This document shows, one piece after another, positions 33,312-41,457 of a DNA stretch of 64,000 nucleotides. A program made the position numbers and the translations under genes. The notes beneath the pieces were generated by a model that worked only from the letters and a program-made list of their open reading frames with translations, was not told the DNA's origin and made no database searches. Source of the stretch: Bacteroidota bacterium (GTDB lineage: Bacteria; Bacteroidota; Ignavibacteria; UBA10030; UBA8401); assembly GCA_041658205.1 (NCBI GenBank), contig JBBAAO010000002.1, forward strand, positions 55,310 to 119,309, read 5' to 3'. The first letter of the stretch is position 1. The number at the start of each line of letters is the position of its first letter.

Positions 33312-33548
33312 ATGCAAAAATATCAAAGCATCAGCTGTTCGTATTATGATCAACTGGAAGCATATGCGACAAAACGCACACACTGTTCCATCATCTATAG
33401 TGATGATTCAGAAAAAATTATCGATGGTGTTATTGTGGATGTCTATGCAAAAGAAGGTGCGGAATATTTAAAACTTGACAACGGAACCGTGATTCGATTG
33501 GATTATCTTCTATCGATCAACGGTATTCCTGTCAGCAATATTTGCTAA
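33312..33548 (+). CDS. rof: Rof/YaeO-like Rho-binding antiterminator family protein
   Basis: 78 aa; 'YQSISCSYYDQLEAYA...EGAEYLKLDNGTVIRLDYLLSI' aligns along its length to E. coli Rof ('YQPINCDDYDNLELAC...KNVEYLVV...ELRLDKITSF'). Confidence 0.7.
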   Translation: MQKYQSISCSYYDQLEAYATKRTHCSIIYSDDSEKIIDGVIVDVYAKEGAEYLKLDNGTVIRLDYLLSINGIPVSNIC

Positions 33549-33549
33549 T

Positions 33550-34821
33550 ATGAAATCGATCTTAAAAAGTATAACAACCGGAACCGAATATCCACTTAAC
33601 GAAGTCCGATTCACATCGGACAACGGTGAATTGCTGGATGTGATTCATGATTTTGATGCAATTCGGAAACAATATTCAATTTCCCGCGAATATTTTTCTA
33701 CTAAACGATCCACGATCAACGGTCAGCCGAGCGGCGGCGTTTGGCATTTTAAAGAATTAGTCTTACCGACAATCGCGGAATCGGAGATTGTTTCCAAACA
33801 GGAAGGAAATACACGGCTATACCGCAGCAAAAAAATCTCCTCATGGCTTGGATTGAATTCAGAAAAATTCTTTTTAAAGCATGAAGGAGAAAACCCCACC
33901 GGTTCGTTTAAAGATCGTGGAATGACTGTTGCTATAACACAAGCAAAAGCGCTGCATCAAAAAGCGGTGACGTGTGCATCCACAGGAAATACGTCAGCAT
34001 CACTGGCTGCTTATGCTTCAGAAGCGGAATTGACGGGAATTGTGCTCATTCCCAAGGGGAATGTGGCTGTTGGAAAAATTTCGCAGGCGCTTGCATACGG
34101 AACAAAAACACTTGTTGTCGATGGAGACTTTGATGATTGCATGCGGATGATCCGCGAGGCGCAGGAAAAACTTTCCGCGTATCCACTCAATTCCATCAAT
34201 CCATTCAGACTTGAAGGGCAAAAGACAATCATGTGGGAAATTTTGCTTCAACTGAACTGGCAAATTCCCGATTGGATTGTTTTTCCCGGAGGGAATCTTG
34301 GGAATACCAGCGCATTCGGAAAAGCGCTGCATGAAGCAAAAGAACTTGGTCTGATCGATAGGCTTCCCAGGTTCGCGGTGATTCAAGCAGAAGGGGCAAG
34401 TCCGTTTTACAAAGCGTATAAAAATAATTTTTCCGGATTGAAAACGGAAAAGGCAGATACTATTGCTACTGCAATTAAAATCGGTGATCCAGTAAACTAC
34501 TCCAAAGCCGTGCGTGCATTACGGTGGACAAACGGAATTGTGGAAAGCGTCACAGATGAAGAAATTCTGGAAGCAAAAGCGAATGTTGATGCTGCGGGTA
34601 TCGGCGCAGAACCGGCTTCGTGTGCAACGGTGGCAGGAATAAAAAAATTGATTGCCAGCGGCGAGATAAAAACAAGCGAAACCGTCGTCGGAATACTGAC
34701 GGGAAACATATTGAAAGATCCGCAGGTGATTGTTGATTACCATTTTAACCGAAAAACGGCTCTCGCAAATCCGCCAAACGAAATAAAAGCAGACATTAGT
34801 GATTTAAGAAAATATCTTTAA
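33550..34821 (+). CDS. thrC: threonine synthase
   Basis: 423 aa PLP enzyme; lysine motif 'GSFKDRGMT'; starts 2 nt after the rof-like stop. Confidence 0.9.
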   Translation: MKSILKSITTGTEYPLNEVRFTSDNGELLDVIHDFDAIRKQYSISREYFSTKRSTINGQPSGGVWHFKELVLPTIAESEIVSKQEGNTRLYRSKKISSWLGLNSEKFFLKHEGENPTGSFKDRGMTVAITQAKALHQKAVTCASTGNTSASLAAYASEAELTGIVLIPKGNVAVGKISQALAYGTKTLVVDGDFDDCMRMIREAQEKLSAYPLNSINPFRLEGQKTIMWEILLQLNWQIPDWIVFPGGNLGNTSAFGKALHEAKELGLIDRLPRFAVIQAEGASPFYKAYKNNFSGLKTEKADTIATAIKIGDPVNYSKAVRALRWTNGIVESVTDEEILEAKANVDAAGIGAEPASCATVAGIKKLIASGEIKTSETVVGILTGNILKDPQVIVDYHFNRKTALANPPNEIKADISDLRKYL

Positions 34822-34835
34822 TACACCGCAAAGAC
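34822..34835. repeat. left 14-bp terminal inverted repeat of the GxxExxY cassette
   Basis: tacaccgcaaagac is the exact reverse complement of 35256-35269. Confidence 0.7.
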
Positions 34836-34853
34836 ACAGAGACGCAAAGAGAA

Positions 34854-35240
34854 ATGACTGTCGAAAATCTCAATCGCATTTCGAAGACAATTCTTGATGC
34901 GTGTATTACTGTTCATCGGGAAATGGGGCCTGGTTTATTAGAATCAATTTATGAGCTATGTCTGTTGGATGAGCTTCAACAAAGAGGATTAGTAGTTGCA
35001 AGCCAAGTTTCAATTCCTTTGAGGTTTAAGGGAAAAGAGCTATCCAAAGATTTTCGTATCGATATTCTTGTTGAAAACGAAATAGTTTTAGAAATTAAAG
35101 CGGTTGACATTTTGCTGCCAGTACATGAAGCACAAATAATCTCATACTTAAAGTTAACAGATAAGAGATTAGGCTTTTTGATCAATTTTAATGTTCCGTT
35201 ATTAAAAAATGGTTTTAAACGATTCGTTCACAATTTTTAA
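34854..35240 (+). CDS. GxxExxY family protein (PD-(D/E)XK-like fold)
   Basis: 128 aa; 'GPGLLESIYE' GxxExxY motif plus conserved 'RIDILVENEIVLEIK'; visibly AT-richer than neighbours. Confidence 0.8.
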   Translation: MTVENLNRISKTILDACITVHREMGPGLLESIYELCLLDELQQRGLVVASQVSIPLRFKGKELSKDFRIDILVENEIVLEIKAVDILLPVHEAQIISYLKLTDKRLGFLINFNVPLLKNGFKRFVHNF

Positions 35241-35255
35241 TTTTAGCGCCTTGGC

Positions 35256-35269
35256 GTCTTTGCGGTGTA
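35256..35269. repeat. right 14-bp terminal inverted repeat of the GxxExxY cassette
   Basis: gtctttgcggtgta; ends 3 nt before the thrB ATG. Confidence 0.7.
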
Positions 35270-35272
35270 AAA

Positions 35273-36163
35273 ATGCAAATAAAAATTCCCTGTTCCACCT
35301 CTAATCTCGGTCCCGGATTTGATACGCTTGGTTTGGCGTTGAATCGGTTTCTCTATCTTTCCGCAGAACAATCAAACGGATTGACAATCATTGTTGAAGG
35401 AAACGGCAAGGAACATATTGCTACCGACGCGACGAATCTTGTTTATGCAGCAATGACTTCAACAGTCCAAAAAGTTGGAAGAACAATACCAGCGATACAC
35501 CTTCATATTAAAAATGAAATTCCGTCATACGGCGGACTTGGAGGGAGTGGTGCAGCGATTGCCGGCGGTGTTTTTCTTGCGAATGAATTGTTGAAAATGA
35601 AATTATCAAAAGATGATATGTTGAATATCGCTGTGGAAATTGAAGGACATCCTGATAATGTTTCCGCTGCGATATTTGGCGGATTAACAGTAAACAGTTT
35701 CGATGCGGAAAGAAAAGTTCATTGCCGGAGTATTAATATAAAAAAACCACTTTCCGTTATTACCTGCTCTCCTCATTTTCAGGTACAGACGAAAGAAGCA
35801 CGGAAGATTCTTCCACAGCAAGTTCCCCTTAAAGATGCTGTCACCAATATCGAAAATGCAGCATCCCTTGTTGCTGCAATGATGAGTGGAGATTTTGAAG
35901 CATTACGCTATGTGACTACTGATCGTCTCCATGAACAATACCGTGCCACACTTATTCCCGGATATGCCGATGTTCAGAAAGCAGCACTCGATGCCGGTGC
36001 ATTATCCTTCAACATTAGCGGCGCAGGACCAACAGTCTTTGCGTTTGCCGTTGCACACGAACAACAGATTGCCGCCGCCATGAAACAGGCGTTCGAACGG
36101 AACGGACAACAGGCAACATCAGAAGTGATATCCGTAGAAAATTCCGGTGCGACTCTTCTCTAA
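35273..36163 (+). CDS. thrB: homoserine kinase
   Basis: GHMP kinase motif 'SNLGPGFDTLGLAL'. Confidence 0.9.
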   Translation: MQIKIPCSTSNLGPGFDTLGLALNRFLYLSAEQSNGLTIIVEGNGKEHIATDATNLVYAAMTSTVQKVGRTIPAIHLHIKNEIPSYGGLGGSGAAIAGGVFLANELLKMKLSKDDMLNIAVEIEGHPDNVSAAIFGGLTVNSFDAERKVHCRSINIKKPLSVITCSPHFQVQTKEARKILPQQVPLKDAVTNIENAASLVAAMMSGDFEALRYVTTDRLHEQYRATLIPGYADVQKAALDAGALSFNISGAGPTVFAFAVAHEQQIAAAMKQAFERNGQQATSEVISVENSGATLL

Positions 36164-36560
36164 ACTGCTTATCTTTTGTATCACAGCTGTCCAAAATAAA
36201 TCGTAACTGAATACAAAATTGGCTGTAGTAACTCAAATTGGGTAAATATATTTTGATAACAAGTAGTAAACCCTCTTTGCTGTATTGTAGAGATCGTATA
36301 AAAGTGTGTGGGTGCGAAATTTAGGAGGACTGAGTGAATGGGAAAGCGATGAATGACGGGACTTTTGATGGCGCGATTCGCGCCATCAACGGGCAAGAGC
36401 GAACGGGATTCATCGCGCGCGTTAAATTTCGCAAGGAGTTCTTTTGCTTCTTTTCTTGCTCCGTCAAGAAAAGAAGAGAGTGAGGAATTTTGTTGTTTTT
36501 ATCAATGTATTTTGGACAAGTGTGATTTTGTATCATCCTTATTAACATTCTGGGAAACCC

Positions 36561-37211
36561 ATGAGCGAATTTCCACAAAGCGATCGTAATAAAGTACGCC
36601 GGCTTCCTCAGCGGGGCCATTATGACAAAGACACAGTCTATGCCATTGTCGACGAAGCGCTGATTTGTCACGCAGGCTTTGTTGTTGACGGACAACCGTT
36701 TGTTATTCCGACGATTCATGTTCGGATTGGTGATACAATCTACCTGCATGGCGCTGTTGCGAACAGGATGTTATCACATCTTAAAGCAGGAAATGATGTG
36801 TGCCTGACAATGACACTGATTGACGGAATTGTGTTTGCGCGATCGGTCTTTCATCATAGTATGAATTATCGTTCGGCAGTGTTGTTTGGGAAGGGAAGAG
36901 TGATTGAGGGATATGATGAAAAGTGGAAAGTCTTTGAAGCATTAACAGAGCATATTGCTAAGGGACGGTGGAATGACGCGCGAAAACCAACAGAACAAGA
37001 GACAAACATCACCACCATTATTGCGATCGATATTGAATCTGCCTCTGCAAAAATACGGATCGGTCCCGCTAAAGATGATGAGGAAGATTATGCTTTACCG
37101 ATGTGGGCCGGGGTAATGCCGGTGAGTATGAAATTTGGTGAACCAAAAAGAGATGAACGACTGCCGGAAACAGTTTCTCTACCGGCATATCTAAAGGAAT
37201 ACCGGCGTTAG
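36561..37211 (+). CDS. pyridoxamine 5'-phosphate oxidase-like FMN-binding split-barrel protein
   Basis: 216 aa; 'LICHAGFVVDGQPFVIPTIHVRIGDTIYLHGAV' typical of the PNPOx/NimA-like family. Confidence 0.65.
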   Translation: MSEFPQSDRNKVRRLPQRGHYDKDTVYAIVDEALICHAGFVVDGQPFVIPTIHVRIGDTIYLHGAVANRMLSHLKAGNDVCLTMTLIDGIVFARSVFHHSMNYRSAVLFGKGRVIEGYDEKWKVFEALTEHIAKGRWNDARKPTEQETNITTIIAIDIESASAKIRIGPAKDDEEDYALPMWAGVMPVSMKFGEPKRDERLPETVSLPAYLKEYRR

Positions 37212-37217
37212 CAGCAA

Positions 37218-38672
37218 TTATTGTTTGATCAGTTCGAATGTTTGCGGTGTTCTTTTGATCCAATCCATAAATGATCGGTCTTTTTCCGGCATATCTTCGG
37301 GGACGATATATCCCTTCAGTTGAGTTGATCCCGCAAGATTTCCATTTTTATTGATCTTTGCCGTTGAAACAATGACGCCGGAACCCATATTTTTATATCC
37401 GAAGATTAACTCTCCATTCTTCGATACAGAAAACACCTCTTGTTCTATTCTCTTTCCCCGCGCCCAAGGCGGATCGACGCGAAACAGTGTTGGCACACTA
37501 TTGTTTATTGAAATCTCTATTGTTATTGGCTCTTCTTTCGTTTGGAATTGAATTTCTCCTGAAGATGGCTGAACTCTACTCTGACTCCCTTTCCAGATAC
37601 CAATATATTGAAGCACTTCATCGGCAGAGGGTTTCCGCAATCCCAAATAATAATCGGCAAGAGAACTATCATGCAATGCGATCGTTGCAGCATTGTTTTT
37701 CAGAATGTCGATCTCATGCATGGTACCGTAGATCGTTTCTGCATATTGTGTCAATTCAAGTACTTCTTTTTTGCGATGCTCCATGAGATTTCTGGACGCA
37801 CTTCCCAACAATATACGAAGTGGGATCTGGTAATGATATCCATAGCTTAACGATATTGTTTCGTAATGTTTTTTCAGTTGCAACAATGAGAGATCCTTTT
37901 TTACGGGAGCAAAATCTTGAAAAAGGAATTTTAATCCATCGTACATCCCTTTGCCGGGAATGGATTCATGTGTTTCACCAGACAATATCACTTGCAGTGC
38001 GTTATTTCCTTTTGGCATGAACCGACTCCAATCAGTTCCCCAGCCGAACGCATTCTCAATAGAAACGTACTTTGTTTTGCTGTTCTCTTTGAGTAAGCGT
38101 GCAATATTATTTTTGAGCGCATCTGTTTTTGGGTCGATGTTGATTGGAACATCAAAGGAAAGAATCCACGGAAAGATCAGCGGCTTCCGTGCAAGAAGAT
38201 ACGAAACAAACAGACCTCCCTGAGAATGTCCGATGATGATCGTATGACCATTCAACGGAAAATGTTTCGTTAAAAAAGGTAGCAATTCGTCGGAGACAAA
38301 TTGTGAAAAATTCTTTTCACCAAGTCCATCCAAGGCACTTGGCATAGGCATATCACGATTCCTGTCGGTGTTGGGAATCCCGACGATCACCGCTTCCGGC
38401 ATTTGGGGAATTTCAGAGGAATAACACATAAAGCGAGATGTGCTCACCAACAATTCAAACAGCGTTTCAGCATCGAAAACAATAATCAGCGGATATCGGG
38501 TGTTTTGGTTCACCGTTTGCGCCGCGGGTGAGTAAAGATAGATATTCCGTTTTTCTTGTAACACGTTTGAATAGAGTAATCGTGTCGTACCAATCGTTAC
38601 CTGATTGCTTGATTGAGCAAAACATGCCGTTGTTAATAATCCGGTAATAAAAAGAAGTTGGAGTTTGTTCAT
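37218..38672 (-). CDS. secreted alpha/beta-hydrolase esterase with extra C-terminal domain
   Basis: Signal peptide 'LLFITGLLTTACFAQ'; nucleophile elbow 'IIGHSQGGLF'. Confidence 0.65.
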   Translation of the reverse strand: MNKLQLLFITGLLTTACFAQSSNQVTIGTTRLLYSNVLQEKRNIYLYSPAAQTVNQNTRYPLIIVFDAETLFELLVSTSRFMCYSSEIPQMPEAVIVGIPNTDRNRDMPMPSALDGLGEKNFSQFVSDELLPFLTKHFPLNGHTIIIGHSQGGLFVSYLLARKPLIFPWILSFDVPINIDPKTDALKNNIARLLKENSKTKYVSIENAFGWGTDWSRFMPKGNNALQVILSGETHESIPGKGMYDGLKFLFQDFAPVKKDLSLLQLKKHYETISLSYGYHYQIPLRILLGSASRNLMEHRKKEVLELTQYAETIYGTMHEIDILKNNAATIALHDSSLADYYLGLRKPSADEVLQYIGIWKGSQSRVQPSSGEIQFQTKEEPITIEISINNSVPTLFRVDPPWARGKRIEQEVFSVSKNGELIFGYKNMGSGVIVSTAKINKNGNLAGSTQLKGYIVPEDMPEKDRSFMDWIKRTPQTFELIKQ

Positions 38673-38810
38673 TCTTCAATTAGTTGTAGACTGTCCATGA
38701 TCGGCTTCTGGATGATTTTTAACAACGCTCTCGCAGTTCTTGTTTGAAATTGTCAAAAACTTGGTTTTAAATAACCAATTTACGGTTCTGTTAATTGTCT
38801 CAGGGAAAAT

Positions 38811-39497
38811 TTATCTCAATACAAGTACCATCCAGTCGGCTACCGACTGTAAAAGTGTAGGATCTTTTGTAAACATGGGTGCGCCGTGTCCGGCATTGTT
38901 TAGCACCTTCATTGTACTGACCGAATTTGTTGATGTGGCCACCATCTCCCTGATTGACTTCACAGCAGGATCTTCCTCAGAACTGGCGGCACCGAATATT
39001 GCCAACTGAGGATTGTTACGTAAATAAGTAAGTCCTGCTTTTGAAGTCCCACCCGAAAGCAACATTAAACCCTTTATTTTACCGCTGCGTTTGGCTAATC
39101 CTATTGCATTATTTACGCCACAACTGGCACCACCAACGCCAAGATTGAGCGTATCAATCCTTGGCTGCGTCATCAACATTGCAAGTGCCGAATCAATGTC
39201 TTTGGAGAGATTTTCGTATCCTCCAACGGAAGGTGTCTCACCGTATCCCCTATAGTCGAAAGTAAGCACGTGAATACCGAATTGAGCTAAAGTTGTAGCA
39301 AGTTGCTTCCAACTCTTGCGGTCCATATTGCATTGGTGCAGCAATAGCATTCCTGGTCCCTGCTTATCCGAAGTATAATATGTTGCTTTTAATTTAACAC
39401 CATCATGCGCAAGAATATCTATATTAATTTCTTGTACTGATGATGGCTCTTTGGCCAATGCACAAACTGATAGTATAAGAAACATTATTGTTTTCAT
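38811..39497 (-). CDS. secreted alpha/beta hydrolase (dienelactone-hydrolase-like)
   Basis: Signal peptide; 'LLLHQCNMDRKSWKQL...VLTFDYRGYGETP' fold signature. Confidence 0.6.
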   Translation of the reverse strand: MKTIMFLILSVCALAKEPSSVQEINIDILAHDGVKLKATYYTSDKQGPGMLLLHQCNMDRKSWKQLATTLAQFGIHVLTFDYRGYGETPSVGGYENLSKDIDSALAMLMTQPRIDTLNLGVGGASCGVNNAIGLAKRSGKIKGLMLLSGGTSKAGLTYLRNNPQLAIFGAASSEEDPAVKSIREMVATSTNSVSTMKVLNNAGHGAPMFTKDPTLLQSVADWMVLVLR

Positions 39498-39627
39498 GAC
39501 GCCCTTTTAATTTTTCATTTATGAAATTGATTTTACTCAACTCAATCTTTTGAGTTTCCTTAAAGTAAAAACCGTTTTTAACGTAGCTCATATTTCAAAT
39601 AATACAAAAGATAAAAAAGTTCTTACG

Positions 39628-40251
39628 TTAACACTGATCTCTTAGTTTCTCTTCCTCTTTTTGAAATTTTATCAGAGGAATTGGATTAGGAGGTTGTTGT
39701 TTCTGTCGTGCCGTTTTTGGCAGTGCTGTTTCCGCGGAAAGGATATTTGGTTCTCCTCCAAAGAAATAACTTAAAGCTTTTCGCCGTCTAATATAGTTGA
39801 TCCCTCCATATGTCGAATCGATTTTTAATGTGGGGTAAAGAATTTCCTCCTTCCATCCCGCAAATCCTCCAAGCAGCGTGTATACGCTATCATAGTATTT
39901 CATTTTTAGAAGCATCCATGCCTGAGATGCATGGATTCCCCCTTCAGAATACAGCACAACAACTTCATTTCGTTTGATCCCTCCGTTCAGCAGTTCCTGC
40001 AGAGTCATATTCTCCGCATCAGCAATTGTGTTGAGGGCATGCAGTGAAGAATCACGCAAGTCGATTAATCGGATCTTTTTTCCTGCATAGAGCTGTTCGG
40101 CGAGTTCAAGAGGGGTGATATGATCCTGTTCGCTTTCAATGAGCGCAGCAATTTCCGGAACGTTCACTTCTGATTGTTGAGGCGTACCAATGGATGCAGC
40201 AAGAAGTGAAAGAACGAGGACAATACCGACAAGTAATTTATTGAGAGTCAT
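39628..40251 (-). CDS. periplasmic rhodanese-homology domain protein lacking the catalytic cysteine
   Basis: Signal peptide. Rhodanese fold 'IRLIDLRDSSL...VVVLYSEGGIHASQAWMLLK' has Ser where the active-site Cys is expected. Confidence 0.6.
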   Translation of the reverse strand: MTLNKLLVGIVLVLSLLAASIGTPQQSEVNVPEIAALIESEQDHITPLELAEQLYAGKKIRLIDLRDSSLHALNTIADAENMTLQELLNGGIKRNEVVVLYSEGGIHASQAWMLLKMKYYDSVYTLLGGFAGWKEEILYPTLKIDSTYGGINYIRRRKALSYFFGGEPNILSAETALPKTARQKQQPPNPIPLIKFQKEEEKLRDQC

Positions 40252-40256
40252 GAATT

Positions 40257-40844
40257 TTATTCCGTACGAAGTCGTTTTTCAAGATTCTCGGCGCCCCAAA
40301 ATCCGGCAAGCGCTACCAGGACGATAAGGAGCACCGTTGTTCCATGAGAGAGATGCAATACTTGTGACAGAGTAATTTCACCCATTGAGGTCGATGAACA
40401 CCAATCACCGATGAGGGGAAATAATTCGCCAAACAATAAAATTCCAGCAAACATTCCGAGCAAATGGATCCATCCATCCATCTTTCCGGTAACAGAGGCA
40501 ACACAGCATGTTCCGGGACAATAGCCCCCCATCACGAATCCAACTCCAAATACCAATCCGCCAACCAGTTGAGGGATAAGAAATGTTGGAAGAACACCAA
40601 CAAGTGAGAGATCGATCAACCCAAACCAAGAAAACCAAAACAAACCGAGCATTGCAGTAATAATTGCAGTGAACATCACTTTAAAAACCGTGAGATCGCG
40701 AAAATAGAATTGCTGGGCGAGTTTTACGCTGCTTCCGAACCCTGCCTGTTCAAGAAAGAATCCAAAACCAATACCGATAACGACAGCAAATAACAATGCT
40801 GTTTCATTTCCAAATAATCCAAATTGATAGAATGGTGCGTTCAT
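40257..40844 (-). CDS. YeeE/YedE family sulfur-compound transporter, C-terminal-half homologue
   Basis: 'GGYCPGTC' motif of PF04143; ATG 1 nt after the upstream stop. ORF-track start 40904 rejected because it overlaps. Confidence 0.75.
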   Translation of the reverse strand: MNAPFYQFGLFGNETALLFAVVIGIGFGFFLEQAGFGSSVKLAQQFYFRDLTVFKVMFTAIITAMLGLFWFSWFGLIDLSLVGVLPTFLIPQLVGGLVFGVGFVMGGYCPGTCCVASVTGKMDGWIHLLGMFAGILLFGELFPLIGDWCSSTSMGEITLSQVLHLSHGTTVLLIVLVALAGFWGAENLEKRLRTE

Positions 40845-40845
40845 A

Positions 40846-41364
40846 CTAAGTCCACTGCTTTTTAAAAAAATATGCAACGCAATATGCACTGGCAAACACA
40901 GCAATCATAAAGACCCAACTTCCCACACTTAAAAGTGCTCCTCCTGTTAACGCCTGACCGCTTGTGCACCCACGGGCAATCTTGGATCCGAATCCCATCA
41001 GAATGCCACCGGAAAATGCGTACACCATTCTTGTCGTAATGGTAACTCGTGCACTTTTATCAACAGTACGACGCACCCGCCCCGAAATGAGTCCCGAAAT
41101 TAATCCGCCAATCAGCACGCCGAGGATCTCGAAGACGAGCCAATCATTTAACGGATTTCCAGATGGTGTTGAGAGATACTCTTTATAGAAAGTGTTGGAT
41201 TGAGCATGCGACGGTGCGACGCTGTTCACACCAAAAGTGAGAAATGAACTTAATGCACCTGAAGCGCCGAGGCCTCTTCCCATAATTACAAAGGCAGCAA
41301 GCAGGACGAGTCCGATTCCGATGCCTGCGAGGTAAGGATTCATGTATGGTTTGGGTGCACTCAT
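40846..41364 (-). CDS. YeeE/YedE family sulfur-compound transporter, N-terminal-half homologue
   Basis: 'ARGCTSGQALTGGA' motif of PF04143; start chosen at MSAPKPY. Confidence 0.75.
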   Translation of the reverse strand: MSAPKPYMNPYLAGIGIGLVLLAAFVIMGRGLGASGALSSFLTFGVNSVAPSHAQSNTFYKEYLSTPSGNPLNDWLVFEILGVLIGGLISGLISGRVRRTVDKSARVTITTRMVYAFSGGILMGFGSKIARGCTSGQALTGGALLSVGSWVFMIAVFASAYCVAYFFKKQWT

Positions 41365-41457
41365 GGTATATAAGTATGTGAGTAGTTGAGTAACCGAACG
41401 TACGAGGGAATAATATCTCAATTACTCAACTACTTTCGGTATTTTTTCCAAGGAGAT

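Noticed and set aside
36353-36589. 78-aa ORF-track ORF overlapping the start of the PNPOx-like gene
   Set aside because: It has no ribosome-binding site, overlaps the well-supported downstream CDS, and its Ser/Ala-rich composition is unconvincing. The alternative SD-led frame at 36334 is discussed as a finding instead.
40257-41364. Split YeeE/YedE interpreted as a frameshifted pseudogene
   Set aside because: Each half has its own ATG 1 nt after the preceding stop, with an intact conserved Cys motif in each. Two-gene half-transporter arrangements of this family are known, so I treated it as two genes. A sequencing frameshift cannot be excluded without reads.
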